From Candidatus Bathyarchaeia archaeon (GTDB lineage Archaea > Thermoproteota > Bathyarchaeia > 40CM-2-53-6), in contig JBEKSC010000039.1 in the NCBI GenBank assembly GCA_049517415.1, forward strand, positions 1 to 15,591: a DNA stretch of 15,591 nucleotides. Direction: 5' to 3'. A program made the translations under genes and the position numbers. Each line of letters begins with the position of its first letter. The first letter of the stretch is position 1. Shown in pieces: positions 6,065-14,888 of this stretch. The notes beneath the pieces are model-generated. The model was not told the origin of the DNA. It did not search any database and saw only the letters and a program-made list of their open reading frames with translations.

Positions 6065-6972
6065 TCGAATTTCGTCCTGAATCCCCTAGGTGCGGCCAAA
6101 GTGAGCATCATCGCCAACATGTCCAGCATCCTGTATGCCGCTGCGAAAAGGAACAGCACGGGAGCCTCCCAGAAGCTGATGCCCATCATTTCCCTATGCC
6201 TCTTGATTGCTTCGCCATCTAGAGCTAAGCGCCCGAAATAATATAACAGCGGGGCTAGCGCCCACGCTTTCAGTAATCCGCCGCCCCGAAGATTGGGATC
6301 GATTTTTCTGGTCTCAATTACGTGAAAGCCTTCTTGGAACCTCATTTCCACGAAATCACTTATCCGATATGGAAAGTAGTGGTTGATCCGAGCCGACGGT
6401 GAGAAGTAGATGCGGATTCCGTTGTTGTACATGTCGTTGGCCATCGTTATGTCGCCGCCGGTTCTCCAGAACCTCTCGTCGAAGAGGAATTTGCTCGGCT
6501 TGCGGACACCAAAGTTGTTGGCCGCGAAGAACTTAGTGAATTTGGCATTGGTGCTTGGGAAGTATCCCCAGTCTGTGATGTTCATGACTCTGGCGAGAAA
6601 CCCTCCCACGTACAAGCTACGCCCCGCAACCGCCTCAGCTCCGTTTCCGAAAGGCTCAGTGATTGCTGCTAACCAATCAGTGGAAGGGACACAATCACTA
6701 TCGGGGAAGACCACGATCGGTGAACGTGCGTTCTCATAGCCTATGTTCTTAGCTTGAAAGTACCCAGATCCTTTCGCCTCGACTATCCTGACTTGCGGGA
6801 ACAGTTTACTTAGTTCTTGCAACGTAAACTGTGACAATCCGACGTCTATAACCAGGATCTCGCAATCAGGCGGACACTGACGGTAAATGGAGTCCAACGT
6901 CTTGATTAGAAGATGAGGCCCGTAGTGGAGAGCATTGACAGTTTCGACAACGACTGAAACCTTCGGAGCCAA
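6058..6972 (-). CDS. Family 2 (GT-A) glycosyltransferase
   Basis: KVSVVV, EILVIDVG, AKNIG, FPDSDC (DxD), and W-L-A-A-I..PF. Confidence 0.92.
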   Translation of the reverse strand: MAPKVSVVVETVNALHYGPHLLIKTLDSIYRQCPPDCEILVIDVGLSQFTLQELSKLFPQVRIVEAKGSGYFQAKNIGYENARSPIVVFPDSDCVPSTDWLAAITEPFGNGAEAVAGRSLYVGGFLARVMNITDWGYFPSTNAKFTKFFAANNFGVRKPSKFLFDERFWRTGGDITMANDMYNNGIRIYFSPSARINHYFPYRISDFVEMRFQEGFHVIETRKIDPNLRGGGLLKAWALAPLLYYFGRLALDGEAIKRHREMMGISFWEAPVLFLFAAAYRMLDMLAMMLTLAAPRGFRTKFDW

Positions 6973-7108
6973 ACGAAATCCGCTTCGGTCCTGTGCGGTA
7001 ACACGAACAATGTTTTTGAACGCGTCATAATTTGAATATTGCTGATTAGCAAACTGAAATTAGACTGACAGTACGGACTTGGCTATGGTACTGCATTCAT
7101 TCAGTTAT

Positions 7109-7190
7109 TCGTGCGGGCAACGTAATTTGAACCGTCGTCCGTCGTCGTTTCAGGCAATTTGTGTGTGTGAGTATGCTGGTGCGCATCAAC
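7109..7190 (-). repeat. Composite repeat, diverged full copy 3
   Basis: Minus 7133-7109 reads GG TTCAAAT TACGT TGCCCGC A CGA. On plus this is followed by CGTCGTCCGTCGTCG, GTGTGTGTG and CTGGTGCGCATCAAC, the same module order as copy 1. Confidence 0.88.
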
Positions 7191-7244
7191 TGTCCTCACC
7201 TTACGAATCGCAGTAGCTTCGACAAACAGCACGTTTTCAACCGG

Positions 7245-8207
7245 CTACTTCGCGATTGTTCTTGACACTTCTCCAACTAACCGCATTGTCCGATAGTACG
7301 ATTCTGCCTTATCACGCCCCGCCAGAATCGGCGAAACGAGGAGCTCTGCGGCGCCAGAATCGAAAGTCTCTAGAAGCCGCTCTTTGACGCGCGATTCATC
7401 TCCATACAAAGCAATTGCATCGATCATGCTGTCGCTCCAGGCTTTCGTCTGGGCAGCTTCTGGAAAGCCTGCGTCAATGAACATTTGCGCGTAGTTTGGA
7501 AGGGAGGGATAGACGGCTAGCTGTTCGCGTATGGCGGCCAATGCTTCAGTTGGATTTTCGTGGACGCATACAGGAACCTGAGCGACCAGTGGGGGTACTG
7601 GGCGTCCGATTCTTCTTGCACCTGCCCGCAACGCCGGGACGGCGACTTGCTTGACATAGACTCTAGGGCAGACCCATGTAATTGCCCCATCTGCCTCGGC
7701 GCCGCACAGCTCAAAAGATCTGCGTCGGAGTGCCGCAGCCATTACCGGCACATCCAGCGTGACACCAGTCTCCGCATGGGCCTGATAGTGGGAACCATCA
7801 TAGTTCACTTTGCCCTGCTGTAGCAGTGGCTTGAGAATTCGCAAATAGTCACGCAGGTGCGCCAGCGGGGCACGATATTCCAATCCAAAGACGCTTTCAA
7901 TACCCTCTTTGTGGCCGACGCCAATGCCCAACCGAAACCGACCGGGAGCCAGGTCAGTGATGACACGCACTTGCTGCACCATCACAACGGGGTGGCGAGG
8001 CCATGTGGGCGTAATTGAAGTGCCCAGCAGTATACGTTCGGTGTGGGCTGCGCAGACCGCGAGCATGGTCAGGGCGTCATGTCCAGCCCCTGCAGTAGTC
8101 AGCCAAGCTGCTTGGATTCCCATCTCCTCGGCCTGTTGGATCCGCTTCAGCACTTCGCGGCTATCTCTACCAGTCACCTGGACGCCGACTCTTCTTCGAC
8201 TTTCCAT
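7245..8207 (-). CDS. LLM-class flavin/F420-dependent oxidoreductase
   Basis: AEEMGIQAAW, TERILLGTSITPTWPRHP, GRFRLGIGVGH and ADG motifs of the luciferase-like TIM barrel. Confidence 0.93.
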   Translation of the reverse strand: MESRRRVGVQVTGRDSREVLKRIQQAEEMGIQAAWLTTAGAGHDALTMLAVCAAHTERILLGTSITPTWPRHPVVMVQQVRVITDLAPGRFRLGIGVGHKEGIESVFGLEYRAPLAHLRDYLRILKPLLQQGKVNYDGSHYQAHAETGVTLDVPVMAAALRRRSFELCGAEADGAITWVCPRVYVKQVAVPALRAGARRIGRPVPPLVAQVPVCVHENPTEALAAIREQLAVYPSLPNYAQMFIDAGFPEAAQTKAWSDSMIDAIALYGDESRVKERLLETFDSGAAELLVSPILAGRDKAESYYRTMRLVGEVSRTIAK

Positions 8208-8239
8208 TTGAATACCCTGTGTACTTTCATCGTAACATG

Positions 8240-8251
8240 GCGATATATCGC
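8240..8251. promoter_or_regulatory. 12-bp palindrome containing a TATA-like core upstream of the LLM gene
   Basis: GCGATATATCGC lies 33-44 bp upstream of ATG8207. Confidence 0.35.
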
Positions 8252-8493
8252 TTGTCGCGAGTCTTAACAGCTATACGACCTTTTGGTCGCGCCGCGATGA
8301 TTCTTGGAGTGAATATGGATTTGGTAGTGATTAGCGCAGGCAACGCGGCGATACGTGCTACTTGTTATCCAGGAACATTTGAGGAAGGCAAACTTCCAAA
8401 GGCTCGCAGACACAGCCAGAGAACGCGTAACGACAGGAGATTAACAGCCGAAAGGCTTTCGAGCCCTCGATATCGTGGAGACAAATTCTGTTT

Positions 8494-9390
8494 TCAGGGC
8501 GATTGTTCGTATTTTAACGGTCTCTCGTGTATCGGGGCGTGCTTGACTTCCAGATTTGGCATTCCCCAACACTCGTGTCCCATATCATGGGCCATGATTC
8601 CGAGGCCCTCAGTTTCAATTTCTCCATCATATCTTTTCGTTAGGTCCAGAAGTTTCTTCTTCGGCATTGCTCTTAGGACTTTGATGGCTTCTGGTTTTAG
8701 CAAGAGTAAACTGATGATGTCTCTCTTGGTTGCTTGAAATCTCGCTCCTCTGATGAATGGGTTCTTTCCACCGTGAGGGAAGGGAGGGAAGATTAGGCCG
8801 TCTCTATGAATGTCGGCCTTGATGAGCAGCATGGTTCCTCCGACGGCGTCCAGTTTTACGAGTTCACCCTCTTTTCTCATCTGGTCCAGGTGGTACCTGC
8901 CTTTGTCTCTCCAAGCGTTTTGTTCGAAGCTGCTGCCTCCGTACTCAGTGACACAGTGGGGTTGAACGATATCCCTCCCAGTGGCTAAGAGCCTTTCAAT
9001 GATATCATGTGGGTATTCAACAACATCCACATCCAACCATAAGACCCAGTCTTCGTCGTCAAGCGCGCGGAAGAGGAGATGATTGCGACTCTTCGCCAGC
9101 ACAGTTCGACGTTCCTTCTGAAGATACGAAGTCCATCGAGGGGTCCCTAGTGGGAGGTGAAATCCAAAGTCCTTCTTCCAGACGGATGCGGATCTAAAAT
9201 CCTTGTCCAAGCCGGGTAGTCTTTGGACTAGGTTTGTGTAGGTGTTATCGGAGCTATCGCTTTCTAGCAATCCCAGAGAGATTAATCCGTGTGGGTAGGT
9301 TAGTAGGTGAAGAGACTGGAAATAGTTGTCAAGGAACCGCTCGGCATCCTTTACAGGCGTCAGGATGAGAATCTTATCCTTGTGCTCCAT
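8494..9390 (-). CDS. Anp1/Mnn9/Van1-family (GT62-like) glycosyltransferase
   Basis: ILILTP, LTYPHGLISLGLL, RR..LAKSRNHLL, WVLWLDVD, LDAVGGTMLLIKADIHRDG..FP and IETEG...G.PN. GGAGG at 9402-9398 and TTTAAG at 9428-9423 lie upstream. Confidence 0.9.
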   Translation of the reverse strand: MEHKDKILILTPVKDAERFLDNYFQSLHLLTYPHGLISLGLLESDSSDNTYTNLVQRLPGLDKDFRSASVWKKDFGFHLPLGTPRWTSYLQKERRTVLAKSRNHLLFRALDDEDWVLWLDVDVVEYPHDIIERLLATGRDIVQPHCVTEYGGSSFEQNAWRDKGRYHLDQMRKEGELVKLDAVGGTMLLIKADIHRDGLIFPPFPHGGKNPFIRGARFQATKRDIISLLLLKPEAIKVLRAMPKKKLLDLTKRYDGEIETEGLGIMAHDMGHECWGMPNLEVKHAPIHERPLKYEQSP

Positions 9391-9474
9391 GTCAATTCCT
9401 CCACAGTTTTGTAATTACCTATCTTAAAGACTCTCTAAATGACCTACACCCAAAGTCGGCAAGTCTTAGCTGAC

Positions 9475-10698
9475 TCAGCCTAATGGTCTGCTACGAGTTA
9501 GAGTCATTGCGTCGGGTGGACAATGAGCATCGGCGAAGCCCTCGACGACTTGTTGGATTTGACGCATGAAACGCTCTTTAGAGAATTGTGTTCGCTTAGG
9601 CCTAAGATATTTCCGTAACGAATCTTGTTCGTCTCGGTTCTGCATTACACGGGTGATCTTTCTTACGGCCTCGTCAACGGTTCCAAATGTTAGACGATCG
9701 TCTGCGCCAATTATCTCGTGTTGTCCGCCACCCCGTGGAACAAAGACAATGCAGCCAGCATGCATCATTTCGGCAACCGCTATACCGAACGGCTCATTTA
9801 CCATTCCGTGAATCCCATAACGATGGGACGTGACGAGTCCTTCGAGTTCCCTTCGAGTCACATTCTCGCTTAGAGTAAGCCATGCTCGATCCTTTGCGAG
9901 GCGCTGCAGCCGCTTCAAATATGCTCGTGATTCGTCTTTGGTTCCAATGATGTGCAGATGAGCTTCAGGAACTGTTCTTCTGACGCGTGCCGTGATCTCG
10001 ATGAGCGTCTCAAAGTTTTTCGATGGGATAATTCTACCGATGCAGACGAGTCCGTTTTCCCGCTGCCCCCAAGGGACTTCTGGAAAGTCCCCTGCAACAG
10101 GCGGATAAACCGTTTTACTCTCGAATCCATAAATCTCCTTTAGTTTCCTTCCGGTCCATTTGGAATTCACCAAAGTTAAGTTATGTTTCATTCGCTCGAA
10201 TGAAAAGTCGCACAGACGCATCCACGGTCGAAGTTCTCCTCTGAACAGCGTCGAGAGGCTATGGCGAGATAAGCGGCTGAGACTGAGAGTAGGCTTTTCG
10301 TGCGATTCTGAGATCCAATAGGGAGGTTCGTGAAAATACTGAATACCTCTGCGATCGAAGTCTGCCTCATTGTTTACCGAAATAATAACGTCAAAGTCAT
10401 TTCTCATCTTCTTGCACAAGCGTAGCAAGAGCCCTCGTTCAAAAGACGAAAGTACGGGATTAAGCGGGTTCACCTTTGCGAGAAGAGTGAGCAGTCGAGG
10501 TGCAGTGATCGCACTTAACTCCGAGCGCTTTAGCGATGAGCCAAAGAGACGATTAATTTCATCGAAATCGACGGGCTCCCAAGTCAGAATCGAAACCGCA
10601 TACTCGTTTTTTAACGCCTCAATAATGTATGCCGCGACTACGTTTCCGCCCCCGGACGCGGTTAAATAAGGTTGGAAAACCAAAACCCTTCTCTTAAT
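9475..10698 (-). CDS. Family 4 (GT-B) glycosyltransferase, ALG11-like
   Basis: FQPY...GGG N-terminal loop, IGRI.P.K and NEPFGIAVAE (EX7E). Start is TTG10683 or the non-canonical ATT10698, which lies 6 nt after GGTGA. Confidence 0.92.
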   Translation of the reverse strand: MKRRVLVFQPYLTASGGGNVVAAYIIEALKNEYAVSILTWEPVDFDEINRLFGSSLKRSELSAITAPRLLTLLAKVNPLNPVLSSFERGLLLRLCKKMRNDFDVIISVNNEADFDRRGIQYFHEPPYWISESHEKPTLSLSRLSRHSLSTLFRGELRPWMRLCDFSFERMKHNLTLVNSKWTGRKLKEIYGFESKTVYPPVAGDFPEVPWGQRENGLVCIGRIIPSKNFETLIEITARVRRTVPEAHLHIIGTKDESRAYLKRLQRLAKDRAWLTLSENVTRRELEGLVTSHRYGIHGMVNEPFGIAVAEMMHAGCIVFVPRGGGQHEIIGADDRLTFGTVDEAVRKITRVMQNRDEQDSLRKYLRPKRTQFSKERFMRQIQQVVEGFADAHCPPDAMTLTRSRPLG

Positions 10699-10858
10699 CG
10701 ACCTTCACCTTCAGGTTCCGAAGGCCGACTCACCAGAATTCAATAGGGATTCTCTCGGGCGCATTGGCCAACAATTTCTTCGCTCGACTAGATATAAGCC
10801 CTTCAGCCCCTCGGCATCTATTTTCAAAAGTCCTGACGTCCGAGACTATGATCAGTCA

Positions 10859-11635
10859 TCACTCTATGCGTTTCTGATAAAGGATTATTTCTGGATATGA
10901 TCTCAAAATAGTCCACGTAATCCAAGGAATAGAAAACCGCGAGTGGGAGAAGACCAACGGGATTTGCGAAGAGTACATTTGAAGCAGTTGTTTCTTTGCC
11001 TTCGACATCCATCTTATTGATCTTCTCGCCCTCATGACTTTCGCTAGATTACTACGAGTCCAGTTGAAGACTGAGAGGGCGTAAGGGTAATCAACGTAGT
11101 AGTATAGGTCGGTTGGATCAACTGCGCCCTCGGCGGCCTCTCTGACAAGAATATGGTCGAGGTGTCCTCCAACACCGAGAGGCACTACAAACACGCTCTG
11201 ATTTCTGAGCGACAATATGGTTCGTATCAGTACATTGAGCATCTGATCATTTGATGTGCTTCGCCTACGCCCCACGTCAGAATAGCGCAGATTTTCACGA
11301 TCGTATCGAAACGCTGCATCAACGAAGCCTAGCTGGTTCCACGATACACCTAGGGCACTCATCGCCTTGTTGTCTTCATAGATTCTGATGCGTTGAAGAT
11401 CGGCCAAAGAGTCACGGGCTGGGCCTTCAGTCGATGACGTAACTAGTCTAGTGAAAACGGTAACAACACTCACTTGAAGACCAAGTTCTTTCCATGCAAG
11501 AATATGGTCTGAACAATCGAGTGCTGCGTCGTCAGGATGAGGCGAAAGCACGACGATTTCCTTACCGCCTTGCACCCATAACGCTCCCAACAAACCGTTG
11601 CCTATTGTTGGAAAAGCTTTGCTTTGCCGATCCAA
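10859..11635 (-). CDS. PIG-L/LmbE-family N-acetylhexosamine deacetylase
   Basis: VVLSPHPDDA, R..ED, GGHLDH, YVDYPY and YSSQ motifs. The true start may be slightly downstream. Confidence 0.92.
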   Translation of the reverse strand: MDRQSKAFPTIGNGLLGALWVQGGKEIVVLSPHPDDAALDCSDHILAWKELGLQVSVVTVFTRLVTSSTEGPARDSLADLQRIRIYEDNKAMSALGVSWNQLGFVDAAFRYDRENLRYSDVGRRRSTSNDQMLNVLIRTILSLRNQSVFVVPLGVGGHLDHILVREAAEGAVDPTDLYYYVDYPYALSVFNWTRSNLAKVMRARRSIRWMSKAKKQLLQMYSSQIPLVFSHSRFSIPWITWTILRSYPEIILYQKRIE

Positions 11636-11796
11636 TGCTGCTCTCGCGAGCGCACGCTAACGCAACTCTCTCCATACTGGCCATAGAGCAGAGACTCCCA
11701 CCAATCCCGGAATAACCATAAAGATTTCGTTCGCGTTAGCATGCTTTTCTTACCCATGGCGATCCGAATACTATAGACTCGCTTGAAGGCGTCTGC

Positions 11797-12780
11797 ATGG
11801 AAAGCAACATTGACATCGTGTACACTTGGGTTGATGGAGCAGACCCCAACTTTCAGAGCCAATTTGAAACTTCTCTCAAAGCCGTCTCATCGTCGCCGTC
11901 CCAAGCCGCCGTTAGTTCACAGAGGTTTCGCGACAACGAGGAACTGAAGTACTCGCTTAGGTCGCTTGAGGCTTTCGCTCCATGGTTTCGTAAGGTGCAC
12001 ATCGTTACAAATCAGCCGACACCTCGATGGTTGGATCTTACTAATGAGAAAGTCTCAGTCGTTGCGCATGATGTGATTTTTAGCAATAAATCAGACCTTC
12101 CCACCTTCAATTCCAATGCTATCGAGTCTCATCTTCATAGAATACCGACCCTCTCCAAGAATTTCCTGTACTTCAATGATGATGTCTTTCTCGGACGAGC
12201 GGCCTCCTTAGACGACTTCATGACTGCAAAGGGTCAGTACGTTTTCCTTCAGCATATTCCACTACACTCCAATCTTGACGAGGGCCCAATACACGATAGA
12301 GCTTACGCCTATACGCAGAGTCTGATCGATGAACTCTGGGGCGTAAGGCGCCCACGCTTGTTGCCAGCGCATGCTCCGCAGTTATATGACCGTGACATCC
12401 TAGCATGCCTAGAAAACCTACTTCCAAAAGAATACCGGGAAACGTCTCGCCACAGATTTCGTTCAGAAAATGATCTAGTGTTGCGAGTATTGTATTCTTA
12501 CTATCTACTTGAATGTCCAGAGCAGAGAAACCGTCATAAAGCGAAACGCTTGGGGTTTCCGAACTATAGGCTCGTACTTATGGACGACAACTCTCGTAGA
12601 ATGCTGCGAGCTTTCTGGAAGATTCGGCTCCTGAAGCCGAAATTCTTTTGCATTAATGATGAACTTGGAGACACATCAAGAGAACATAAAACGGTAGTTT
12701 ATTTGCGGAGGTTCTTGCGATCTTATTTTCCGCGGCCTTCCTCTTTCGAGCTAAGAACTCAAAACATCGGTTCACTGTGA
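11797..12780 (+). CDS. Stealth-family hexose-1-phosphate transferase
   Basis: CR1 IDIVYTWVDG, CR2 RFRDNEELKYSLRS...APW...LPTFNS.AIE...FLYFNDD, CR3 H.P...T..HRFRS, CR4 KFFCIND. Confidence 0.96.
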   Translation: MESNIDIVYTWVDGADPNFQSQFETSLKAVSSSPSQAAVSSQRFRDNEELKYSLRSLEAFAPWFRKVHIVTNQPTPRWLDLTNEKVSVVAHDVIFSNKSDLPTFNSNAIESHLHRIPTLSKNFLYFNDDVFLGRAASLDDFMTAKGQYVFLQHIPLHSNLDEGPIHDRAYAYTQSLIDELWGVRRPRLLPAHAPQLYDRDILACLENLLPKEYRETSRHRFRSENDLVLRVLYSYYLLECPEQRNRHKAKRLGFPNYRLVLMDDNSRRMLRAFWKIRLLKPKFFCINDELGDTSREHKTVVYLRRFLRSYFPRPSSFELRTQNIGSL

Positions 12781-12806
12781 CGACTCTTTAGAGGCTGGAG
12801 TACAGT

Positions 12807-13649
12807 TTGAAATTCGGCGCTACGAGACTGAGGAGCATCTTACCTACGCAGCTCAAAAAGCCCGCAGCGCATGCGGCTTTCCTAGAGCCCCTCGGATTCG
12901 ATTATGCCGTGTCATCTAGGCATCTGCGATGCCTGAACAAAAGCGGAAGCAAACTCTATGAAATCGAGTTCCGCGAGGGCCCTCCTGTTGGAGGTCTAGC
13001 GCTCGCCGAACTCGTTAATCCAAAAGCTGACAGTACGCGGATTGTTGACTTAGGGACAGGCAACGGGATTATCGCAATTGCTATGGCAGCAAAAGGTTGT
13101 GCCTCCGTTTTCGCCGTGGATGTTTCCGATCGCGATTGCAAGTTGGCTTTGAAAAACGTACGCAGAAATCACAAAGAGCACGCAATCGATGTTCTACGGG
13201 GAGACTTCGCCTCTCCTCTAATGAGCGGAGCATTTGATATCATAGTCGCTAATCCACCCCAACTCCCAACTAAGGTTACTATGCCTGACATACAGAACTT
13301 TGCAGGTCCCACCGGTTACGAAGCCATTGACAAGATAATATCCCAAAGTGAGGCCTGTCTCACCTCAGAAGGAGAATTGTGGCTTTACGTTCTGGGATTT
13401 CTAGGCGTGGAGCGACCGACCGGCTCATTACCTTCCCTTTTCGAGAGGCTTCGAATGTTTGGGTTTCATCCCCACGTGGAACGGAACCTTAGGCGGAGGC
13501 ATTCGCAAGACATCAATATTCAGAAAGCCTTGCCTTTGATTCAAGACCTCTACCCTATGTCCGATATTGCCAGGAATTTTCCTAAGGTTGGATACTACGA
13601 GGCATTTGTAATACGCGCATCGCGGCTGGTTGGTGAAGAGTCCAGATAA
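12807..13649 (+). CDS. Class I SAM-dependent methyltransferase (HemK/MTS-like)
   Basis: DLGTGNGIIAI SAM motif and FDIIVANPPQ. Probably co-transcribed with the Stealth gene (26-bp gap). Confidence 0.88.
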   Translation: MKFGATRLRSILPTQLKKPAAHAAFLEPLGFDYAVSSRHLRCLNKSGSKLYEIEFREGPPVGGLALAELVNPKADSTRIVDLGTGNGIIAIAMAAKGCASVFAVDVSDRDCKLALKNVRRNHKEHAIDVLRGDFASPLMSGAFDIIVANPPQLPTKVTMPDIQNFAGPTGYEAIDKIISQSEACLTSEGELWLYVLGFLGVERPTGSLPSLFERLRMFGFHPHVERNLRRRHSQDINIQKALPLIQDLYPMSDIARNFPKVGYYEAFVIRASRLVGEESR

Positions 13650-13820
13650 TTATGGAGCGGAATTGCGTACTTCGACAAAACCTACAGTCATATTCCAATC
13701 ATCGGAACCCAGCATTTCCAAGAAAAACATCATACAATCGAGAGAAAAAGCGGTTCACGCGTGAGTCTGACATCACAAGGTTAGCCAGTAAAGCCCTGCA
13801 CATAAGCTTGCCCAAAGTTC

Positions 13821-14834
13821 CTAGAACCTTTCAAGGAGCAGGTTCGTTTCATGAAGTCGATGGAGTGAATTGTAATCGTGTCCGACCGGAACACATCTGC
13901 GTTTGTCCTCATCAATACGGCTAATTTCGAAACCAGCGTGAATTAGCTGCGTAGTCAATTTCGCTGGCTCTGTTCCCAGATTTCTCAGAGCTTGTTGCTT
14001 AAACTCCATGAAAATTCTGTCCACACGGCGAAGTATCTTGCTGCCGCCCTCAAAGACTAAGCCCTCTGCCCCCTCAACATCGATCTTCATCACATCAATT
14101 CTTTCGATCGCCAAATCACGTAGGAGTGAATCTAGCGTTACAGTATTGACGTAAACATAGCCCCCGCCTTTCGTGCTAAGGTTATCTTCGGATAAGGACG
14201 GAATGCCGATGAGCTTCTCATCCAAGAACAATCTGGTTCTGCCCGTCCTGTTCGATACAGCTTTTTGAACAGCGATCACGTTCGTGTAAGCGTTAGCTTG
14301 GACGCTCAGACTCAATAACCTGAAATTCCCTGAGTCCGGTTCAATTGCAACAACTTTGCCAGTTCCATTCAGCAACCGAGCGGCGAGAAGCGTGAAGTAA
14401 CCTATGTTGGCTCCTATGTCAACAAAAATCATGTGAGGTTTGATGCTTTGCTTCATCAGCTCAGTTTCATAGGGTTCCCAAGCTCCTTCCGTCAGCAAAC
14501 AGCGAGCGACCGCTACGTCACGCGTGTCAATGTACATCAAGCTACCTTGACAGACGATCTGCATGATCTCGCTGGGCTTTAGCTTTTCAAAAATCCTTTC
14601 ATAGACTGAATAAAGTCTCGACAGGCTTCGCAAGAATGTTCTAGATTTCTTCGGCAGATGCCCAGTGAATTTGTTCATAAAAATAAAAGCTGTTTTCCTA
14701 CCCAATAGAAACCGCCCCTCGCCAGGTCGGCCTAAGTTATCATGCTCTACTAATGGCAATAGCGGCAGTAGCAATTCAACGTATTCTTGTTGAGGATTTT
14801 TTTCTGGTGTTGACATAAAACGTGCGCGGCCCAT
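13821..14834 (-). CDS. FkbM-family methyltransferase
   Basis: WEPYET, FVDIGANIGYFT, AIEP and KIDVEGAE. Alternative start ATG14816. Confidence 0.95.
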   Translation of the reverse strand: MGRARFMSTPEKNPQQEYVELLLPLLPLVEHDNLGRPGEGRFLLGRKTAFIFMNKFTGHLPKKSRTFLRSLSRLYSVYERIFEKLKPSEIMQIVCQGSLMYIDTRDVAVARCLLTEGAWEPYETELMKQSIKPHMIFVDIGANIGYFTLLAARLLNGTGKVVAIEPDSGNFRLLSLSVQANAYTNVIAVQKAVSNRTGRTRLFLDEKLIGIPSLSEDNLSTKGGGYVYVNTVTLDSLLRDLAIERIDVMKIDVEGAEGLVFEGGSKILRRVDRIFMEFKQQALRNLGTEPAKLTTQLIHAGFEISRIDEDKRRCVPVGHDYNSLHRLHETNLLLERF

Positions 14835-14843
14835 CTAAAGCCT

Positions 14844-14870
14844 TATCAAGTGCGAGAATTCAATTTCGAA
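14844..14870 (-). repeat. Possible highly degenerate tRNA-3'-like core
   Basis: TATCAA--GTGCGAGAATTCAATTTCGAA versus TATCAATGGTGCGAGCATCGTGATTTGAA (about 20/29). Confidence 0.35.
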
Positions 14871-14888
14871 TTTAGCTGAGGCATAACA

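Noticed and set aside
262..7190. CRISPR array
   Set aside because: Repeats are hundreds to thousands of bases apart, in both orientations and separated by whole genes. There are no regular unique spacers or cas genes.
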